A program made the translations under genes and the position numbers. A stretch of DNA of 64,000 bases. Source: the human T2T-CHM13v2.0 reference genome, Homo sapiens. Below the pieces are notes generated by a model. That model ran no database searches. It was not told the origin of the DNA and saw only the letters and a list, made by a program, of their open reading frames with translations. Every line of letters starts with the position of its first letter. Position 1 is the first letter of the stretch. Shown here piece after piece: positions 45,048 through 64,000 of this stretch. The DNA is taken from the NCBI RefSeq assembly GCF_009914755.1, contig NC_060930.1; one strand, written 5' to 3'.

Positions 45048-47505
45048 AGAGGGTCTTATACTTCTGTCCTACTCTTGCTAATACCTAAGACCCAGTCCTT
45101 TTGGCACCACTGGGTACATAAAACAAGGTTTGAGTCAGGGATGAACTCCCCCAGGCAGGAGGAGATAGCATCAGGATCTCAGTGAAGTGGGATGGTATCT
45201 GAGTGCCTAGCACAGTGCCCCACGCAGAGCTCAATGCATCTTAGCTGAACAATAACGAATGCAGCTGCACATCTTCAGGCCCATATTGAGCTCTTCTCTC
45301 TTTTCTGCCTCCTCCTGAGCCCCCAAGCCCAATCACCTTGGCTCTGGTTGTTGTGTGCCATGATGCTCCCCAGGATGGTGACAAGGTGCTGGGCTCTGGC
45401 CTTCAGTCTGAGAACCAGCTTCTCCCAAGCTCTTGGGTCCCTGGCCTGAGCCCAGGATGCACGGGGCTCTGCCCACCTGCCCTCCTTGCAGCATCATAAG
45501 AAAGGGTGGTCATCCAGGTAGCCTGAGACTTCGTAAGGGGCTTGCCCAGGGCTGGGCTGGGAAAGAGTAATGAAGTCATAGCACAGAGAGTGGGTTGCTG
45601 AGGAAAAGAGAATGATGGGAAAGGGTTATTTTCCAACAGGAGTCTTACCTGGGAGACACTGCACAAGGTGCCTGTGTGGTGAGGCTGTGTGACTATTTTT
45701 GAGGGCACCAAAGGAGTGGGTAAGGGGAATGCAGACTGAACAATGGGAAGGGAATCTCTTGTTTCCCTGCAGGGCCTCATCTAGGCTCATTGTTTTAAAT
45801 AGTAATGACTCCCAAATCTCTTCATCCCTGTTCTTCACATCGGTATATCCAACTACCTACCTGTTGGTCATCTGGACCTAAGGTTCCATATGGCCTTAAA
45901 TCTGACACATCCAAAACTGAGTATTTCCTCTTGGCCCTGGCCATGGAACAACCTGCCTCTCATCCTATATTCCTGGTGAGTGGCATCATCCTCTCACCTG
46001 CCTGCTTACTCAAGCCAGAACTGGGTTGAGGTGTGGGCAACTACCGGATGTCATGTAGCCTCCTGGCACAATAGCATGAAGTGAGCTGAGAGGTCATGGA
46101 ACAAAAAGGCTCACAGACCAAATGTAAATGCTCAAATAACATCGTTTATTAAATAAATGTAAAACACATTCTGAGAAGCAGGAGGCAGGTGCTGGGGTGG
46201 GTCAACACACGGGAGAGGGGGCAAGTTGGGTGGAATGATCACACCAGCTGAACTGTGGGTCATGCAGTGTGCATCCATCCTGTCAAATTGAAACCTCCTG
46301 CATCCTGAGTGCCTCATGTCTCACGTATTTAGGGTACCGTGAATATTTAGTGCCTCCTTGGTCTTTCTGTCCCTTTTGATCTCTGTACACACGAATATGT
46401 TGTACTATCTACAGATGACTAATTTAGTTATCTATGTGTAACACTTCTTTTGAGTTTATTGTTTTCCTGTCTTCTACAGCAGAATTGGATATTCCCAAAC
46501 AATCGGCAAGTCTGGTGTTTATCCTAGAGTGCTGCCTCCCTTCACACCCCCTAGTTTCAAACAGTCAGCAAGCCCTGCCCATTTTTAACTTCCTGTTTCT
46601 CCAATCTGGACATTCCTCTACCTCCACCAAACCAGCCCATAGTATGGCTTGCTTGGATTATAGCCAGAGTCTTTCTAACTGGTCTCTCTCCCTCCAGTCT
46701 TAAGCATATAAAATCTGTCCTCCTTGATATAATCAGAGTGATCTATCCAGAAATACATATCAGACCGCATACCTCTCTGCTCTTCCTCTAAGGATTCCCC
46801 TTTTGTCCTCGGGATGGTTTCCAAGCTCCTTAGCAAGCTAAACAAGGCCCCTTGAAGGCTGCCGTCTCCACCCTCATCTCCCACCACACCCTGCCTTCAC
46901 CTGACCCACTTGGAACAGGAAGGTTGGAGCACCTCCATACTCCTGCAGTTCCACCTCCCAGTGCCTTCCTGAGATGGTCCCCTGAAGGGAAGACCCATCC
47001 TTCCCTTCTCCAAACACCACTTAAACCACTTAAACCCTTTCATTAAACCCTTACCCTGGCCTCAAACCATCTACCACGCTGCTGTACCCCTTTATTTCAG
47101 AGACGGCTCTGACTCTCACTCAGAGGTGACACTCACCCTACCACTTGTCTATGGCTGTGCATCCCTCTTGGGGCCATCTCTTGTGGACAAGAATATGAGC
47201 CACATTCTTCATATATGAGAAAATTACACCAATCTCAGAGGATTAGAGGTCATGCCAAAAAACACACCTGGTAGTTATGTTTAAATATATTTTTAAGGCT
47301 GGGTTAAAAACCACGATGAGGCGAAACCCCATCTCTACTAAAAAAATACAAAAATTAGCTGGGCCTGGTGGTGCACGCCTGTAATCCCAGCTACTCAGGA
47401 GGCTGAGACAGGAGAATCCCTAGAACCCAGGAGGCGGAGGTTGTAGTGAGCCGAGATTGCACCACTGCACTCCAGCCTGGGCGACTGAGTGATTCTCCGT
47501 CTCCA

Positions 47506-47563
47506 AATATATATATACACACACACACATACGTATATATATGTGTATATACATATATATATA
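47506..47563. repeat. Compound (TA)n(CA)n microsatellite
   Basis: atatatatatacacacacacacatacgtatatatatgtgtatatacatatatatatat. Confidence 0.9.
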
Positions 47564-48139
47564 TTTTTTTTTTTAACAAACATAGCTGCTATCATTGGCT
47601 CCTTTTCTCTTTTTTTTCGAGACGGTCTCACTCTGTCACCCACATTGAAGTGCAGTGGCACAATCATGAGGCCCACCCCAACCTCTGCCTCCCAGGCTCA
47701 AGCGATCCTCCCACCTCAGCCTCCAGAGTAACTGGGACTACAGGCGTGCACCACCACGCCTGGCTAATGTTTTTGTATTTTCTGTATTGACAGGTTTTCC
47801 TCATGTTCCCTGGGCTGGTCTCAAACTCCTGTGTCCAAGCAATCCTCCGCCCAGCTCGGCCTCCCAAAGTCCTGGGATTACAGGCATAAGGACCTCCTAC
47901 GGCCAAGTTTAAGCTTCAAGTGGGAGACATGGGACAATTACTTACCAGATACAACCAGTTTCAGAGGAAGCCCTACCTACCCTCTAAGCCTGACCTTATC
48001 TTGCAACCTCCATCGCCCCAGACCTCCCCCGGCTCCAAAAAGCACTCCCAAGAGGCCTCATAAAGGCCACAGTTTGGGGAAGGTTATGGCTCAGGGGAAG
48101 GGGAGAGGTGCTAAATAATTAAGCCCCCCTACTACTCAG

Positions 48140-48620
48140 CACCCGCGTGAGGCATCGTCAGGCATCGTCAGGCCTCCAGTGGTGGTGGTGGCACCGGGCC
48201 TCAACCTCCCCGGAGGGCTGGACTCTCGCTGCCAGGCTGTGGGGATCAGGCGTTGTGGGGGAGGGGGACACTTAACAGGTATGGAGGGCGGAGCAGAGCC
48301 CCGCAGTCACTGGCCTGACTTCCGGAACGAACCGTCGCCAGCAAGCACAGCAGTAGGACCAGGGGGATGCAAGAGCGGGGGCGGCCGGGGATCGTGCTTC
48401 TCGCTCAGGTCCAGATTCCCGGCAACCAGGCCGGCGGAATCACGTGCCATGCTCCAGGCCAGCGTAGTCCCGCCCATCTTCCAGCTGAGCGTACCGGGAG
48501 GCTCCCATTGGACTGGAGCTGCTACGGAGGCGGGACTTTCCCTTTTTCTTGAACCCCATTGGGTTAAGTCCAGTCCGAGACAAGCGTCTCTCCTCAGCAG
48601 TGGGAGGGGTGATTTGGCTC
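48140..48620. promoter_or_regulatory. Small CpG-rich promoter-like element about 10 kb upstream of POU5F1
   Basis: Non-Alu CpG cluster. ETS ACTTCCGG at 48318, E-box CACGTG at 48441, ATTGG at 48507 and 48558, NF-kB GGGACTTTCC at 48532-48541. Confidence 0.6.
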
Positions 48621-48747
48621 ATCCATACTTAGGAATTTGGGGTTTGAGGCCGGGTGCGGTGGCTCACGCCTGTAATCCCAGCACTTTGGGGGGCCGAGGC
48701 GGGCGGATCACAAGGTCAGGAGATCGAGACCATCCTGGCTAACACTA

Positions 48748-49039
<292 letters not shown>

Positions 49040-49042
49040 TCA

Positions 49043-49216
<174 letters not shown>

Positions 49217-49354
49217 TCAAAAAAAGAGAGAGAATTTGAGGTTTAAGTTGTCTCTCCTTGGTCGCTGTGCAGTCGAGTGTTTTTATGTTCAGACCTCTTC
49301 CTGCCCATTTTATTTATTTAATTTATTATTTATTTATTTATTTATATTTTTTGA

Positions 49355-53994
<4,640 letters not shown>

Positions 53995-54473
53995 TGTAGC
54001 AGGACGAGCCCCAGACAAAACCTTTCAGACACCGAGTTGTAGAAGGAAGGGCTTTATTCAGCTGCGAGCATCGGCAAGCTACTGCCTTAAAATCCAAACT
54101 CCCTGAATGCACAATTTCTGTCCCTTTTAAGGTCTCACAACACTAAAGATTTCACATGAAAGTGTCGTGATTGATTTGAGTACGCAGGTGGTACGTGACA
54201 GGGGCTGCATGCACTGGTGGTCAGAGAGAAACAGAACAGGGCAGGGAGTGTCACAATGTTCTTCTATACAATGTCTGGAAACTAGGAAAAACATCGCGTT
54301 CTAAGTCATGGGTTGATTTTTAACTACTGGGTTTAGGCCAGGCAGGCCCAGGCCTGGTTTTGGGCCTGGCGCCAGGCTGCCTGTCTTTGGTTTTACTTCC
54401 TTGTTTTTTCTTAAAACAGATACTGAGTATAAAGCAATATAAAACAATACGAAAGGGTCTCTCTCTTCCCTCA
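53995..54473 (-). mobile_element. 5' LTR of the provirus (LTR2B-like)
   Basis: Minus strand begins TGAGGGAAGAGAGAGACCC and ends GCTACA, 5 nt before the PBS. AATAAA at 54058-54053. TACGTG at 54192. Confidence 0.85.
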
Positions 54474-54477
54474 AAGG

Positions 54478-55555
<1,078 letters not shown>

Positions 55556-55685
55556 ACCTAACAATAAACTGAGTGCCCATTATGTGCCAAGAACTGGAGA
55601 TAAGGATATGAGTAAGGAATCTTACTTATCTCCAGTTCTTATAGCATATACTCATTCTGTTTCTCTTTCCTTTGGCCTAGTTTGA

Positions 55686-61218
<5,533 letters not shown>

Positions 61219-61409
61219 TGAAGCAGAGAGCATGCATCACCCTCTGACCCACATTCAGTTTCTTCCTGGGTGTCTGCAATTCCCGGGACTCCCAAGGAAT
61301 TCAAATGCTGCAGCCTTGGGCTTGCGAATTCTCCAGGATGGGCAGAGTATGGTCTTATTTATCCTACACTTCTGCCTCATAGTGCTCTCCCAGTCCTCTT
61401 CTGTTATTA

Positions 61410-61900
<491 letters not shown>

Positions 61901-62977
61901 TGCTTTTCGAATCAGGCCTTTCTCTTTTTCTGTCTGTCTTAAGTCTCAACATTGAGTAGCTGTGATTTTGGAATAGTCAGATGTGGGACACCCTTTCTTG
62001 CCAGGAAGCATCTGGCTCCTCAGTCAGCTTAGTCTGATTCTTGGCCTGGCCCAGGGAAAGAAATTCATGTTCTGGATTCTGAGCAATGCTCTCTTGTCCC
62101 AGGTGCCTGTTGGGCTCCTACTTACACCTCAAAACATAGCTTGAACATTGTCTCTTTTGTGAACTTTCTGTGACTCCTAGGTCAGAGAAGATGGTCTACT
62201 TGTGAGTTTGCAAAGCATGTGTACATGTCCTGCCAACCATTAGTGTTACAATTTCCTGACTGATCTCTGCCTGAGCAAGACTGGGACAACCTTGAGCGCA
62301 AGGGGGGTTTGGTTCCTCTTACCTCAGCCCCAGCTCCTTAAACACAATGCCTGGCACGTGGTAGGTATTTGATAAATATTTATTCAATGAAGGAACTGCC
62401 TGCAATGGCCTGGTAGACAGGAAAGCGGAATGAAAGCAGGTCAAAAGTGGCTGGGAGAAGATTTTCTAAATCCCGATGTTGGGCACAGGGACCCCTGAAG
62501 TTTTCTTTTGGAACCTTCCTATCTGTCTTGTTCTCCTCTCACCAGGCACATCCCTGCCCTCCAGAGCCCACTTAGTCACACACTACCTTTCAGGACTACC
62601 TTCCACATCAGCCAGGTGCAAACCCCACAATGACTTCTGCCATGGCTCCCAATGCTTGGCTGCAACTCTGAGGCCAATTTCAGTGAGAGTAAGGAGCTTA
62701 TCCAATGGAAGTGTCACTAGGAGTGACAATGGCTGGCTTGAAGATTAGGGAAATAGTGTCTACATTTCAAAAGAGAAGACTGCTCCACAAGGAATGTACA
62801 GTTTTGATATGTGCAGGGCTCAGGTCTTCAGGGGATAAATAAGTTCCTAAATGCGCCATCAACAGGAATTTCCTTCAGGATAAATAGGAAAAGAACATTT
62901 AGGCTTTTTAATTAAAATTTTATTTTACATGTTTTTAAAATTCACAATAGATATTTTATCCTAAAATAAAGTAAAAC

Positions 62978-64000
62978 CGAGAGGTGACAGCGTGCTGGCA
63001 GTCCTCACAGCCCTCGCTTGCTCTCCCCGCCTCCTCTGCCTGGGCTCCTACTTTGGCGGCACTTGAGGAGCCCTTCAGCCCTCCGCTGCACTGTGGGAGC
63101 CCCTTTCTGGGCTGGCCAAGGCCGGAGCCCTCTCCTTCAGCTTGCGGGGAGGTGTGGAGGGAGAGGCGCGAGCGGGAACCGGGGCTGTGTGCCGCGCTTG
63201 CCGGCCAGCTGGAGTTCCGGGTGGGCGTGGGCTTGGCGGGCCCCGCACTCGGAGCAGCCGGCCAGCCCTGCTGGCCCCTGGCAATGAGGGACTTAGCACC
63301 CGGGCCAGCAGCTGCGGAGGGTGTACTGGGTCCCCCAGCAGTGCCAGCCCACCAGCGCTGCGCTCGATTTCTCACCGAGCCTTAGCTGCCTTCCCGCGGG
63401 GCAGGGCTGGGGACCTGCAGCCCGCCATGCCTAAGCCTCCCACCCACTCCAAGGGCTCCTGTGCGGCCCGAGCCTCCTCGACGAGCACCACCCCCTGCTC
63501 CACGGCGCCCAGTCCCATCGACCACCCAAGGGCTGAGGAATGCAAGCGCACCGTGCGGCACTGGTAGGCAGCTCCACCTGCAGCCCCGGTGCGGGATCCA
63601 CTAAGTGAAGCCAGCTGGGCTCCTGAGTCTGGTGGGGACGTGGAGAGTCTTTATGTCTAGCTCAGGGATTGTAAACACACCAATCAGCACCTTGTGCCTA
63701 GCTCAGGGTTTGTGAGTGCACCAATCCACACTCTATCTAGCTGCTCTGGTGGGGCCTTGGAGAACCTTTATGTCTAGCTCAGGGATTGTAAATACACCAA
63801 TCGGCACTCTGTATCTAGCTCAAGGTTTGTAAACACACCAATCAGCACCCTGTGTTTAGCTCAAGGTTTGTGAATGCACCAATCTACACTCTGTATCTAG
63901 CTGCTCTGGTGGGGCCTTGGAGAACCTTTGTGTCCATACTGTGTATCTAACTAATCTGATGGGGACTTGGAGAACCTTTGTGTCTAGCTCAGGGATTGCA
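62978..64000 (+). mobile_element. LTR12 (ERV9 LTR, LTR12C-like), truncated by the window end
   Basis: Starts (c)GAGAGGTGACAGCGTGCTGGCAGTCCTCACAGCCCTC. GC/CpG-rich U3, then tandem tctagctcagggattgtaaacacaccaatcagcac units with CCAAT from about 63650. Confidence 0.92.

Noticed and set aside
47305-47325. aaaaccacgatgag resembling a U3 snoRNA segment inside a deleted Alu
   Set aside because: Match is too short, with no flanking U3 sequence or C/D box structure.
62956-63567. Overlapping 130-140 aa ORFs on both strands
   Set aside because: Typical open frames of GC-rich LTR12 U3.
63650-64000. Regularly spaced repeats superficially like a CRISPR array
   Set aside because: Human DNA; these are LTR12 tandem units with non-unique spacers and no cas genes.

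Overview
This is human genomic DNA, recognisably the PSORS1 interval of the MHC class I region (6p21.33). It is Alu-rich. In order it contains the 3' coding exons of PSORS1C1 (+) interleaved with PSORS1C2 (-), a POLR2L processed pseudogene, CCHCR1 (-, 17 coding exons for the 782-aa isoform), a bidirectional CpG promoter, TCF19 (+), and intron-containing POU5F1/OCT4 (-) with its CR1-CR4 regulatory regions. Beyond these lie the PSORS1C3 lncRNA region, an upstream CpG promoter, a deleted HERV-E/Harlequin-type provirus (tRNA-Glu PBS, LTR2B-like 5' LTR) pointing towards POU5F1, an Alu/L1 cluster and an LTR12 (ERV9) element cut by the window end. All exon boundaries were read by hand and give intact frames (136, 782, 345 and 360 aa). 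The haplotype carries the psoriasis-associated CCHCR1 *WWCC allele plus the W78* (*Iso3) stop, and an intact OCT4B-265 ATG. The locus is well studied and I see no convincing new protein-coding system. The least-explained observations are structural: a ~1.08-kb inverted duplication abutting the ERV LTR, a probable Alu-POLR2L chimeric retrocopy, an Alu fold-back triplication, duplicated splice signals, and an AT-hook-like motif in TCF19.
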